A stretch of 47,508 bases of DNA, taken from the NCBI GenBank assembly GCA_016839445.1, contig JAEOUG010000060.1, forward strand, positions 1-47,508, read 5' to 3'. Numbering within the stretch: the stretch's first letter is position 1; every line of letters begins with the position of its first letter. The translations under genes were made by a program, and so were the position numbers. The stretch is from Candidatus Thorarchaeota archaeon. GTDB lineage: Archaea > Asgardarchaeota > Thorarchaeia > Thorarchaeales > Thorarchaeaceae. Of the stretch, positions 1 through 9,829 are shown piece after piece. A model generated the notes under the pieces. It was given only the letters and a program-made list of their open reading frames with translations, ran no database searches and was not told where the DNA came from.

Positions 1-249
1 CCAGATGAGAGCAACACAATATTCGGATTCAATCTCGAATCTGATGGCGACATAGGCTGTCATGACGTAGCGCTCTTCCTGAACGAATCCGATATTGCTG
101 TGAGGAGTGGTTTGATCTGCGCGCATCCACTAGTTGAGTCAATTGCAGGAAGCGGTCTTGTCCAAGCTTCCATTCATGTCTACAATACAATCGCTGATAT
201 CGATAGGCTCTGCGACACACTCGGTATTATTGTGCGCGACTTTCTTTGA
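1..249 (+). CDS. Cysteine desulfurase (SufS/class V aminotransferase), 3' end only
   Basis: Not in the ORF track. Frame 1 translates to PDESNTIFGFNLE...HDVALFLNESDIAVRSGLICAHPL...QASIHVYNTIADIDRL...DFL*, matching the SufS RSGxxCAHPL catalytic-Cys loop and C-terminal ASxxxYN motif. Confidence 0.8.
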   Translation, partial: PDESNTIFGFNLESDGDIGCHDVALFLNESDIAVRSGLICAHPLVESIAGSGLVQASIHVYNTIADIDRLCDTLGIIVRDFL

Positions 250-252
250 GGA

Positions 253-513
253 CTAGCTGAACATGAAGATGGGAGGGTAGAAGACGAAGTACTGGACAAC
301 AACAGCCAGTAGTACACCACCAAACACAAGTCCCTTGCCCCTTTTTGCATTCACATCCGTTAGCCAGAGAATGGCACCGACTAGTACGACCATGAAGGCC
401 GATATGTTACCCAAGAAGATCAAGAAGCCCCATATTTCTGCGAAGTACTGTGCAATGAGATTGGCGAAGTCTGTCAGTGGACTGAGTTGAACCACAGAGT
501 GCATAAGCCTCAC
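253..513 (-). CDS. Small two-TM membrane protein, TrbC/VirB2-pilin-like
   Basis: Two hydrophobic helices (FLIFLGNISAFMVVLVGAILWL; GLVFGGVLLAVVVQYFVFY) are separated by a short basic loop (NAKRGK). The start may be the ATG at 504. Confidence 0.55.
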   Translation of the reverse strand: MRLMHSVVQLSPLTDFANLIAQYFAEIWGFLIFLGNISAFMVVLVGAILWLTDVNAKRGKGLVFGGVLLAVVVQYFVFYPPIFMFS

Positions 514-547
514 ATACTTCCTGACCAGTGCTGAGAATATAAGGCCG

Positions 548-2371
548 TCAAAGAACAGTGACTGATTTCGCTAGATTTCGTGGTTTGTCAGGATCGTAAC
601 CCTTCTTCACGGCCATGTAGTAGCTGAAGAGCTGCAGGGGCACAACGAAAGCCATCGTGCTGAACTCAGGTTCCACACTCTCTGGAACAATGAAGACGTC
701 ATCAGACAGTGTCCTAAGCTCCTCGTCATTGCGCTCGATGACTGCCACAATTCGAGCACCTCTGGCCTTCATCTCCATGATATTGCCAATAAGGCGATTC
801 CGAGTTTCATCCTTGGGCGCCACGAATATCACAGGATAGCCGTCTTGGACTAGGGCAATGGGGCCATGCTTCGATTCACCCGCAGAGTAAGCTTCCGCAT
901 GATTGTAGGCAATCTCTTTCAGCTTCAGCGCACCCTCTTCAGCAGTGGCAATCGAGATTCCCCTGCCCAAGAAGAGAAGACTCGGCGCATCATAGAGCAT
1001 CTGAGCCAGCCTTCTGGCCGGTTCCTCGTTCCTTGATATTATCTCCGAAATGATACTTGGCATGGTTTCAAGAGCCGCTCTCTTCTTCTGTAATGCTTCC
1101 CTCTTCCTATGACCCGATTTCTCACCGACCGCCAATACAAGAAGCCCCAGAGCGGTCAACTGCACCATGAACGTCTTAGTGGCAGCAACGCCAATCTCTG
1201 GTCCTGCTTGTGTGATGATTGTATGATCCGCAAGCCTTGTCACAGAGCTTCCTACAACGTTCGTGATGGCTACAACTTTTACTCCGAACCGTTTGGCGTA
1301 CTTAATCGCGCTTATGGTGTCTGTTGTTTCTCCTGATTGTGTAATAGCAATAATACAGTCCTTCTCACTTAATGCATCACACACTGTATCTGAGAAGTCG
1401 CTCGCCAATTCAAAGGTTGGCACGATCCCTGTGAGTGATGTGAACATGTGCCTCCCAGATATTGCAGCATGCCCTGATGTGCCCATTGCCAACAGATACA
1501 CTCTGTCACATGATTTCACAATCTCGGCTGCCTCCTCTATTACCTCCGCCCGTAATCGTAGAGTGTTCCTTATGGCATCAGGCTGTTCATGTATTTCCTT
1601 CAACATGAAGTGCGGGTAGCCGCTTTTCTGAGCTTGGTCTGCCGTCCAGCTAATCTTGATTGGTTCTCTTTCTATTCTAGCCCGCTTGTCAAGCTTCTCA
1701 ATCTTCACATCATCTGGTGTTATCGACGCAATCTCACCGTCGAGAAGAAGTATCATGTCGTTTGTCATTGGTAGAAAGGCAGGTATATCCGATGAGACAT
1801 AGTTTGCTCCTTGCTTCTGCCCGATGACCAAAGGATTACCATCTCTCGTACAGACTATCTTCTCTGGATCCGAAGTAGACATCGCTACAATAGCATAGGT
1901 TCCTTCAATTCGATCAGTGACCAGCCTCAGAGCATCCTCCAAATCCATTCCGGTCTTCATCGCATCCTCAAGCATGTGTGGAATCACTTCGGTGTCCGTT
2001 TCTGATTCGAAGTGGTGTCCTTTCTCAGCGAGCTCCTTACGAAGTTCCATGAAATTGTCTATCACACCATTATGAACAACAGCAATCTTGCCACTACAAT
2101 CGAAGTGAGGGTGTGAATTGAACAATGAAGGAATTCCGTGTGTGGCCCAGCGGGTATGACCAATTCCTATGGAACCCGGCATGTCATCCAGGTTTAGTTT
2201 CCTATGCACTTCCTCAATCTTGCCCTTGTCTTTCTTGACATGAATCTCTCCATTGGAGATTGTGGTAACCCCGACGGAGTCATATCCCCTATACTCCAAT
2301 CGTTTCAGAGCTTGGTGTAGAAAGGATGCAACTTCACCTCGTTCCTGAACCACACCAATGATCCCGCACAT
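548..2371 (-). CDS. glmS: Glutamine--fructose-6-phosphate aminotransferase (isomerizing)
   Basis: N-terminal MCGIIG, LEYRGYDS, GHTRWATHG, two SIS domains, and C-terminal PDKPRNLAKSVTV. Confidence 0.98.
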   Translation of the reverse strand: MCGIIGVVQERGEVASFLHQALKRLEYRGYDSVGVTTISNGEIHVKKDKGKIEEVHRKLNLDDMPGSIGIGHTRWATHGIPSLFNSHPHFDCSGKIAVVHNGVIDNFMELRKELAEKGHHFESETDTEVIPHMLEDAMKTGMDLEDALRLVTDRIEGTYAIVAMSTSDPEKIVCTRDGNPLVIGQKQGANYVSSDIPAFLPMTNDMILLLDGEIASITPDDVKIEKLDKRARIEREPIKISWTADQAQKSGYPHFMLKEIHEQPDAIRNTLRLRAEVIEEAAEIVKSCDRVYLLAMGTSGHAAISGRHMFTSLTGIVPTFELASDFSDTVCDALSEKDCIIAITQSGETTDTISAIKYAKRFGVKVVAITNVVGSSVTRLADHTIITQAGPEIGVAATKTFMVQLTALGLLVLAVGEKSGHRKREALQKKRAALETMPSIISEIISRNEEPARRLAQMLYDAPSLLFLGRGISIATAEEGALKLKEIAYNHAEAYSAGESKHGPIALVQDGYPVIFVAPKDETRNRLIGNIMEMKARGARIVAVIERNDEELRTLSDDVFIVPESVEPEFSTMAFVVPLQLFSYYMAVKKGYDPDKPRNLAKSVTVL

Positions 2372-2454
2372 TCGCTTGCTTCCTCAAGGACAGAATGGAC
2401 TAAGCTTGCAGAATTGTGCAAAAAGCGTTTGTATTCTGTCACACAACTACTCTG

Positions 2455-2766
2455 CTATCCTGTCAATTCGATTTCGATATAGACTGAGTCGGGAATTCTA
2501 ACTCGCATTATCTGGCGGATAGCACGCTCATCAGCATCAATGTCAATGAGTCGTTTGTGAACACGCATCTCCCACTTGTCCCATGATTCAGAGCCTTGTC
2601 CGCAGGGAGTCTTCCTGGTAGGCACCAGCATCCTTCGCGTAGGAAGTGGGATGGGACCTGCCATCCGGACTCCTGTCTTCCGAGTTATCCTCTTGATTTG
2701 ACTACAGACACCGTCTAGGTGCTCTGTACTGGTACTCGAAAGTCGGATTCTTGCTCTCTGAGTCAT
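2455..2766 (-). CDS. rps10: 30S ribosomal protein S10 (uS10)
   Basis: [11 protein letters not shown]...GPIPLPT...[25 protein letters not shown]. The likely start is the ATG at 2766, inside ORF 2455..2880. Confidence 0.97.
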   Translation of the reverse strand: MTQRARIRLSSTSTEHLDGVCSQIKRITRKTGVRMAGPIPLPTRRMLVPTRKTPCGQGSESWDKWEMRVHKRLIDIDADERAIRQIMRVRIPDSVYIEIELTG

Positions 2767-2916
2767 CTTGATTCCTCGATACAGATGGAAGCACTGGGAG
2801 CGCTCAAGGCTACCGACGAATCTGATGTGGATAAAAAGCTTGTCTTGTGAATGATGATTCCAGGAAAAAGGAACGTCCATAAAGTGGGGACTCCATCTGA
2901 TATCTGAGTGTAGACA

Positions 2917-3714
2917 GTGAAGGAGCTCGTGATAATCAAGCTTGGAGGGTCGGTCATTACTCGCAAGAAGCAGTCCCCTCCGACGACAGACAGAAGGAAT
3001 CTGTCAAGGATTGCCAAGGAACTCCAACAAGACCTCAGGCAGAAGCTGATAGTCCTAGGCGGTGGAGCGCATGGTCACCAAGCAGCTCATGCATATGGAT
3101 ACGGAGATCCGGCAACACCTTTGCCGCGTCTACTTGAAGGTGTGCCGAGAATACGCCACAGCATGTCTGTGTTGGCACTGGAGGTAGAAGAGGAATTCAA
3201 CAGACATGGAGCGAGAGTAGTCGTGGTTCCTCCCTTCACACAAGCAGTTGTAAGAGATGGAAAGGTTCTCGACTTTTCTCTCACAACGATTCAGAGGATC
3301 TTTCAGGCGGGCTTCTCAGTGATAACTCATGGTGATGTCTGTCTTGACGAAGATGGCGTCCCGTCCATCCTGTCTGGTGATACCCTCATAGCATACATGG
3401 CGAGGAATCTGGAATGCAGACAAGTCCTCATAGGAACTGATGTGGACGGAATCTATGACTCCAACCCAGAATCAAACAGGGACGCCAAGCTGATTCCAGT
3501 AGTGAACGCTGCAAATGCCAGTGAGTTGCTTGCGGGTGCAGGTCCTTCGGCAGGTACCGATGTGACCGGTGGAATGTCAAAGAAGCTCTCCGAGGTCCTT
3601 GAGATTGCACACAAACATACAGAGGTCATCATATTCAATCTGTCCGTTCCAGATAGGCTAGCCCGGTTATTGCAGGGAGAACAGGTGGTCTGCACAAGAA
3701 TCCTAGGTCAGTAG
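2917..3714 (+). CDS. Isopentenyl phosphate kinase (amino-acid kinase family)
   Basis: [33 protein letters not shown] and DVTGGM..K are typical of archaeal IPK. Confidence 0.9.
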   Translation: MKELVIIKLGGSVITRKKQSPPTTDRRNLSRIAKELQQDLRQKLIVLGGGAHGHQAAHAYGYGDPATPLPRLLEGVPRIRHSMSVLALEVEEEFNRHGARVVVVPPFTQAVVRDGKVLDFSLTTIQRIFQAGFSVITHGDVCLDEDGVPSILSGDTLIAYMARNLECRQVLIGTDVDGIYDSNPESNRDAKLIPVVNAANASELLAGAGPSAGTDVTGGMSKKLSEVLEIAHKHTEVIIFNLSVPDRLARLLQGEQVVCTRILGQ

Positions 3715-3721
3715 GTTGGGT

Positions 3722-6700
3722 TCAGACAGCAGACGCCGCCACGTTGTCTTCCATTGTCAGGATTGTTAGATTGCTGGGGGTAATCGCATTGTCCTCAAGG
3801 TACTCCGCGGCGGTAAGGATGCAAATGACACGAACCGAGTCGCATTTCCTGCATGCGATATCATTATGCAGATTCATCAGTGTGCTTAGTTGCTGCTGGG
3901 TTGGGAATATGACGTACGAAGTACTTCCAACACAGAAATCGTAGTATCCGTGATCTCTCTTGACTTCTTGGCCTCGTTTCATGAACTCTACTTCGAATGA
4001 TTTGATTACACCTGCTTTCAAGTCCCTCAGCACCGAGGAGTTGGCAATCCAGAGACCCTTCTCAACGTCCTGAATACCGATGTCTTCTCCTATTCGAACT
4101 GCGGTCAGTACTTCGTCGGCCAGTAGCTCAGTCAGAGCACGCTTCCCTTCATCCTTCATTAGAGGCGCAGTCCTTCCCTTCACCGACTGAAGAGAGGTCG
4201 TTTCAATGAATTCGAGAATTGATTCCCAGAGAACTTGCCCACCAGACAGAGACACAAACTCTTGTATCAGTTCAAACCACAGCCTGATTTGCACCGCGCG
4301 GCTGGTGACCGAACCAACATCGTGCATTGCATCAAGTAATCCAAGGTGATGTGAATCCTCATCACACAACTGCTCAGGAGGTTCTTTCACATTCTCCAAT
4401 GATTTCGAAGTCGAAGAGAAGCCTTCCATCATAGATTCAATTGAGCTTGGAAATGCCGAAACAACAGTGACGTCCTCAAACTCGCTCTTGCTTCCCAGCG
4501 AATCCCGGAGTCTCGCTGCAGCCACACTCCCACGAACAACTACATAGAGATTGTTGATTCCGGTACCTAGATTCTCCATGCACTTCCGGATGTTTCTCAC
4601 AGCATCCCTCATCATTGAGGACTTGAGGTGTTCTGGCTGAATCAGTATCGCTCTATCAGTGAGAATCAAGTCAGGCATTCCAGAACCCGGCTCTGAAACA
4701 GTGACATCCTCCATGTCTTCAACGTAGGAGAGAATCCGATCAACAATCACACGTCTGATAGCATGAGGACTTCTACCTGGTAGTGTGTAGATAACGCCTC
4801 CTGGGACTAGAGAAAATGAGTCTCTCTCAATTGTGCCAAATGAAACTAGGTCATGAAGAACCTCTTCCAAGTCTTCAGTCGCCGCTGAAGAGTCCAAAGA
4901 CCGCAGGATATTCCTGATCTCGTCTTCAGTTGCCATCTCTGCTGAAGCAAGATGCGCAACAAGATGGTTTCCATACTGACCTAGTCGATCAAAAATCACG
5001 ACTCCGCTATCAGAGTCAGAGCTATCGTGCTCTATCGTGACCTTTTCCGTAGTGCGCACATCTGCTGATTGTGGCGAGGGCTTTGCTGCTTCTGCAACTA
5101 CCTCACGTACTGGTTCGGTGAAATCAAAGGGAAGCGTGGCTATCTCGAATGTTTCGCAGTGGGGTATTGACATGAGTGCCCTACCACGCTTGAGGCTAGT
5201 GAGGTATCTGCCCTGTTCTTCACTAAGGGACAAGAATCTCTCGCCTGTCTTACTATCATAGGGCAATCGAAAGATGATCTTCGTGGCTGTATTGGCAAGA
5301 ATGTTCGAGGATATGTTAGGTCTTGTGGATACAACGAGAACCCCTTGACCAGTGGCCCTCTGCAACATCACCATCGATTCTCCGGTGGTGACATCTGCGG
5401 CAGTGTTTCTGGTGTAGCTTTCAGGAACAAGATTGTTGGCTTCCTCAAGCACAACTACATGATGCAGTCCTTCGACAATCCCTCGCTTCATAGCATAGTC
5501 GAATATTCGTTTTGCTACCAAGTTGTAGAGCAGGCGTGCGGAGTCCATCCCTCCAATCTTCGCGACGTGACGCAAATCGAATACTACCCGTTTCGTCATC
5601 AGCTGTGCAAGATCTGTTGCATCACTTCCTCCCCCTAGGATCTTGCCCATAGGCGATCTCTTCAACACTTCTAATCTATTCAGAAGTGCATCGCGAGTCA
5701 GACTGCCCATGCGGTCTTTGCCGGACACTTCATTGATTGTGTCAAAGAGGACCTGAACCGACTTCCTCGTCCCGGGATGCGAAACTATTCTCACTATGCT
5801 TTCCCTGAGAAGCTTCTCCATTGCCGGTGAGAGATCCGACGCATCTCCCCGTTCTTTCAGAAGTTCTCTCAGCATAACGAAAGTTGAATGTCCTCCTATA
5901 CCATCAGAATCCGTTTCGGAATCGACCAACTCGATAGCGAAATCATTGTCAAGTCCTGGCCGGATGACCTTCACGTCACCAAGAGCCACCAAGTCTGAGT
6001 ATTCAGAACCCTTCAGATCGAATACCCACCAAGGGACATCAGTCTTCTCGCTGAGCTGCCTGATGATGTTCTTCACAACCGTGGTTTTTCCTGTACCTGT
6101 CGAGCCCAGAATGGCCACATGCTCTCTGAGCCAGTCTGTTTCAAGCCCTACCTCAAATAGAGTTCGACTCGCAAAGACCGCTCTACCCACGACGATCTCT
6201 TTTCCAACAGATTCTGGGGAGGGAACCTCAAACGATGGAACCTGTGAGGAGCTGATGGTTGGTAGTTTCTCAACAGGTGTATTCACAAAAGCAGCTACTT
6301 GGCTGCTATGCAGTTTCTGTTTTGACAGGTGTCTCCGTGCAAGAAGGGTGTACAGCGTCTTGCGCCTTATCTTCAGTGCCTCAACCTTGAGAGAGCTCTC
6401 TCCACCCCATATCGACACGACTACTGCTTTCATGGCCGCAGCCGTCCGAACACGTGTTGCTTCATCATCATCTATCACTGTGAAACGTACCGAGCAATCG
6501 AACCATCCTCCTTCCTCTCCAATCTCACCATATCTTGAGATTAGCTGCTTCTTCGTTGCATGATCCTTGAGGGATTCTTCGTTTCTTCTCTCTCGCGCCT
6601 GAATCGTTCTCCATTTGCTCTCAAGCTTCTTTGTTTCCCTTCCTGGCCCCGATGCCGAGAAGACACAACACATCCTAGCATTGTAGCCTTGCTTCAATAA

Positions 6701-7477
6701 CGTGGACACAAATGTGCCTACCTGCGAAGAGTCGTGGTGAGGAAGTACTCTAGGTTGCCCGGTCAGCGTCATTAGCGATACATGTCCAAGGGTGTACGAG
6801 TCAATCGAATCCACGGAGCCCGATTCCCCCTCGCTCATCACTATTGCATTTCGCAGCTGGTTGCCTGAGAGCATCTTCATCTCGACGGTGTTGAGTGAAG
6901 CAAGGAGGATTGCTTCAGCTCTGGTTGCCTCTGTCCTCAGTATCTCCTTCACATCTGCTGCTTCATTCGAGCTTGCTGTTATGAACAGCCTCAGGAAGGG
7001 CGCACCGTGGTCTACGCCTGCCTCAAACGCTATGGTGGCCGATTTGTCCAGACCGGATCGAAGGGCCAATAGCATACCGTCTCTGTATCTAGTCTTTCCA
7101 GTATCATCAACATAAACCGAACTAGGCACAGCCCCGATTTCGAGACAGCACGTTCCCAAGACACCGTGTTCTCTCCTGAGCATCAAGAAAGCGTCCTCCA
7201 TGTCCATAGACGGCTGTCCCAATGCCAGTTTCTGAAGTCCTGCCGTAATTCCTGAGGATACTGAAACACAACATAGGCCAATCTCAAGTGGAACCTTGAA
7301 GGGAAGGATGATGGACGGCAGGTACCCATACAGGGGCAGGAGATAGCTTGAAACTAAATACACTCCTAGCAGGACAATGCAGATGAACCAGCAATACTGC
7401 ATGCCTTTGACGAATCTACAGGACAAGAGGTAGAGTTTCAATCTAGCAAGTCTAGATGTCTTGGCACCTGAATCCAT
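3722..7477 (-). CDS. Large membrane-anchored HerA/VirB4/TraD-family P-loop ATPase (DUF87-like) with long C-terminal extension
   Basis: N-terminal TM segments; HVAILGSTGTGKTT (Walker A); VFDLKGSEY; VVVLEEANN (Walker B); STRP..S.NILANTATKIIFRL; LTSLKRGRAL. Confidence 0.85.
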   Translation of the reverse strand: MDSGAKTSRLARLKLYLLSCRFVKGMQYCWFICIVLLGVYLVSSYLLPLYGYLPSIILPFKVPLEIGLCCVSVSSGITAGLQKLALGQPSMDMEDAFLMLRREHGVLGTCCLEIGAVPSSVYVDDTGKTRYRDGMLLALRSGLDKSATIAFEAGVDHGAPFLRLFITASSNEAADVKEILRTEATRAEAILLASLNTVEMKMLSGNQLRNAIVMSEGESGSVDSIDSYTLGHVSLMTLTGQPRVLPHHDSSQVGTFVSTLLKQGYNARMCCVFSASGPGRETKKLESKWRTIQARERRNEESLKDHATKKQLISRYGEIGEEGGWFDCSVRFTVIDDDEATRVRTAAAMKAVVVSIWGGESSLKVEALKIRRKTLYTLLARRHLSKQKLHSSQVAAFVNTPVEKLPTISSSQVPSFEVPSPESVGKEIVVGRAVFASRTLFEVGLETDWLREHVAILGSTGTGKTTVVKNIIRQLSEKTDVPWWVFDLKGSEYSDLVALGDVKVIRPGLDNDFAIELVDSETDSDGIGGHSTFVMLRELLKERGDASDLSPAMEKLLRESIVRIVSHPGTRKSVQVLFDTINEVSGKDRMGSLTRDALLNRLEVLKRSPMGKILGGGSDATDLAQLMTKRVVFDLRHVAKIGGMDSARLLYNLVAKRIFDYAMKRGIVEGLHHVVVLEEANNLVPESYTRNTAADVTTGESMVMLQRATGQGVLVVSTRPNISSNILANTATKIIFRLPYDSKTGERFLSLSEEQGRYLTSLKRGRALMSIPHCETFEIATLPFDFTEPVREVVAEAAKPSPQSADVRTTEKVTIEHDSSDSDSGVVIFDRLGQYGNHLVAHLASAEMATEDEIRNILRSLDSSAATEDLEEVLHDLVSFGTIERDSFSLVPGGVIYTLPGRSPHAIRRVIVDRILSYVEDMEDVTVSEPGSGMPDLILTDRAILIQPEHLKSSMMRDAVRNIRKCMENLGTGINNLYVVVRGSVAAARLRDSLGSKSEFEDVTVVSAFPSSIESMMEGFSSTSKSLENVKEPPEQLCDEDSHHLGLLDAMHDVGSVTSRAVQIRLWFELIQEFVSLSGGQVLWESILEFIETTSLQSVKGRTAPLMKDEGKRALTELLADEVLTAVRIGEDIGIQDVEKGLWIANSSVLRDLKAGVIKSFEVEFMKRGQEVKRDHGYYDFCVGSTSYVIFPTQQQLSTLMNLHNDIACRKCDSVRVICILTAAEYLEDNAITPSNLTILTMEDNVAASAV

Positions 7478-7671
7478 GGACGAGTCCCTCTCATTCTCAG
7501 ACTAGAGCGGAGTCGAATCATTGTGTCATTGGCTTCCATAAGAACTCCCCTCGATGTCTTGAGATGCGGTCAGTACTGATAGGAGGTTAAATGACTGAAT
7601 CTCAACTCAGTAGGTGACTCGACACTAGTCCATTAGGGCAATTTGAGAATCAGCCTGCTGGGGATGGTCCA

Positions 7672-9633
7672 TTGAAAAAGCGATTCGTGATACTCTCTGT
7701 GTCCATTTTCATTCTACTCTCAATACTATCCACCGCACCACGGCATGTGTCGGCACAGGTTCCGTTTGTGGTGTGTCGAGGAGATGAAATCACGATTACA
7801 GTGACTTTGCTCCAGAATGGGACCTTTGGTGACCCAGTTGCCGACCAGGAGATTGAGATCTTCGATCAGACGTACAACGATCTCCTTGGACTCACAGAAA
7901 CCGATAGCTCAGGTACTTGTGAGCTTGCATGGCAAATCCCGATAGATCATCAACTCGGAATCACCACGATCAATGCGACTTTCAGAGGCAACTCCTCACT
8001 CTTCCTCGCGCCGTCATCAGTAACTACGGATCTTCACATAGTATCTGCCACTGAAATCCAAGTGAGCCATAGTTATGTTACGGCTGCTTCAGGAGACGCA
8101 ATCGAGATTCTGGCAAGGCTTGTCGACGATGAAGGATTACCAGTTCCCGACGAGACCGTTCTCATTCAAGTGGATAACCAGACAATCGCGTCCTGTATGA
8201 CCAACATTTCTGGGTATGCCAATTTCCTGGTTAGCTGCAACAAATCTTGGCTGGTATTAGGTGAGAACAAAGTCACTCTAGCCTACGAATGGAATCCGGT
8301 TCTTCATCTTGCTGGCTGCACGGATGAAGTGACCATCAATCTAATAGAAATCGAAACGACAATCAGTGAAGCAGGGGCCGTTCCAACGGCTGCATTACTC
8401 GACTCGTCCATTGAATACCTCTTGACGCTCTCAAGTCTTGAGGGTCCTGTATCCAACTCAGTTGTCAGGGTAATGCTCGATGGGAGCCAAATCGGGGAAG
8501 TACTCACGAATCACCAAGGCAACATCTCTGTTCACCTAGAAGTAGACACAAGATTCACACTGGGAAGTCATACCATAGGATTCCGCTATGATGGCTCTGA
8601 CCGATACTCGCCGAGCCAGATACACTTCCCACTAGTCGTCACGAGCTCAGCTCACATTTCCGTACAGATTCCTACTGAGATTCTGCTGAATACAGTTGCA
8701 GTATTTCAGGTGAATGTCACCGACAGCCTAGGCCGGGCAATCGAAGGGATTAGTCTGAGATTGAATGACACAGTTTCTGGTCTAACTACTACCGAGAGCC
8801 TCCCGAGTGGAGTAGAGAGCTTCACAATCGGAATACCAATTGAGGGAACCGTAGGGAACAGGACCATGTTGTTTCAGGCTCTGGGCACGGCCTTTGTCGA
8901 GGAGTCTGTTCTCCAAATCGTAATACGCGTCTGGCTTCGGCCATCCTTTGTACTGGACTTCACTAGCATCTTAGGATTCTCATCCCCGGGTCAGAATGTG
9001 GCAGTTGAGATACGACTGACAGATCATGTCACCAATCTCACCAATCGCGTGGTCCTTACCCAGATGGACGATGAACCACAGGATGCACTTGTCACCGACG
9101 CACGAGGAGTGCTCTGCCTCAGTTTTCAAGCGCCTGAAGCCGAGGGAGTCCACAGGCTCCACTTCAGATTCCTAGAGAATCTTACAAGATACGAATTAGG
9201 GACAGAATACAATTTCACTTTCACTGTGGCTCGCGCCATTCCCATAGTTGTCGTTCTTGAAGAATACGAAGTCATCTCTCCACTCAAGCAAATAAGGGCC
9301 CGAGTCTGTATACTTGGTCTCAATGGGTCGTTGATTGGTGGAGTGGACGTACACTTCTCATGGTTCTCCTTCACAATTGACTCCACAAGTTCCGAGATTG
9401 GCAGGATTGTCCTTCATCTGAGTCTTCCTAACCACGACGGGGTGTTCTTCCTTGTCTATTCTATAGACTCCACTGGAACAATCGCAGAATCTGATGGGGC
9501 TTTGCCAATCAGTGTAACAGGGGCGGAGCTAGCTGCAGCAGAAGGACTTGGCATTCCCACAATCCTGTTTGCACTCATGGTGTCAGTCATCGTCGTCGCG
9601 GTCCCAAGTGCCGCTCGTCGATTCGCTGTCTGA
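7672..9633 (+). CDS. Secreted, C-terminally anchored surface glycoprotein with tandem Ig-like beta-sandwich repeats
   Basis: Signal peptide MKKRFVILSVSIFILLSIL; repeated 'L.D..G.P', 'TD..G' and 'F.G...Y.PS' Big-like motifs; many N-x-S/T sequons; C-terminal TM helix followed by RR. Confidence 0.75.
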   Translation: MKKRFVILSVSIFILLSILSTAPRHVSAQVPFVVCRGDEITITVTLLQNGTFGDPVADQEIEIFDQTYNDLLGLTETDSSGTCELAWQIPIDHQLGITTINATFRGNSSLFLAPSSVTTDLHIVSATEIQVSHSYVTAASGDAIEILARLVDDEGLPVPDETVLIQVDNQTIASCMTNISGYANFLVSCNKSWLVLGENKVTLAYEWNPVLHLAGCTDEVTINLIEIETTISEAGAVPTAALLDSSIEYLLTLSSLEGPVSNSVVRVMLDGSQIGEVLTNHQGNISVHLEVDTRFTLGSHTIGFRYDGSDRYSPSQIHFPLVVTSSAHISVQIPTEILLNTVAVFQVNVTDSLGRAIEGISLRLNDTVSGLTTTESLPSGVESFTIGIPIEGTVGNRTMLFQALGTAFVEESVLQIVIRVWLRPSFVLDFTSILGFSSPGQNVAVEIRLTDHVTNLTNRVVLTQMDDEPQDALVTDARGVLCLSFQAPEAEGVHRLHFRFLENLTRYELGTEYNFTFTVARAIPIVVVLEEYEVISPLKQIRARVCILGLNGSLIGGVDVHFSWFSFTIDSTSSEIGRIVLHLSLPNHDGVFFLVYSIDSTGTIAESDGALPISVTGAELAAAEGLGIPTILFALMVSVIVVAVPSAARRFAV

Positions 9634-9646
9634 AACCAGAATTCAA

Positions 9647-9754
9647 TGGTGCTCCGGCCGGGATTCGAACCCGGGTCGGGGGATCGAGAGTCCCCCATGC
9701 TGGGCCGGACTACACTCGGTCCGTTTGACAGATTATCAAACGGTCTACCGGAGC
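9647..9754 (-). tRNA. tRNA-Glu(CTC) with 30-nt BHB intron at position 10/11 (intron 9715..9744)
   Basis: Minus strand reads GCTCCGGTAG[ACCGTTTGATAATCTGTCAAACGGACCGAG]TGTAGTCCGGCCCAGCATGGGGGA-CTCTCGA-TCCCCCGACCCGGGTTCGAATCCCGGCCGGAGCACCA. CCA is encoded. Confidence 0.93.
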
Positions 9755-9829
9755 AAGGTCGCACCAGCCCGAAGCGGAACACGCAGCCTCTAGTAACCAA
9801 ATAAGCCTTTCCCATGTTCCAAGCTCTTT

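Noticed and set aside
5796-6563. 255-aa plus-strand ORF and similar Ser-rich antisense ORFs (e.g. 22904..23485, 46523..47116, 10933..11556)
   Set aside because: They lie fully antisense to well-supported genes and have the composition typical of shadow frames.
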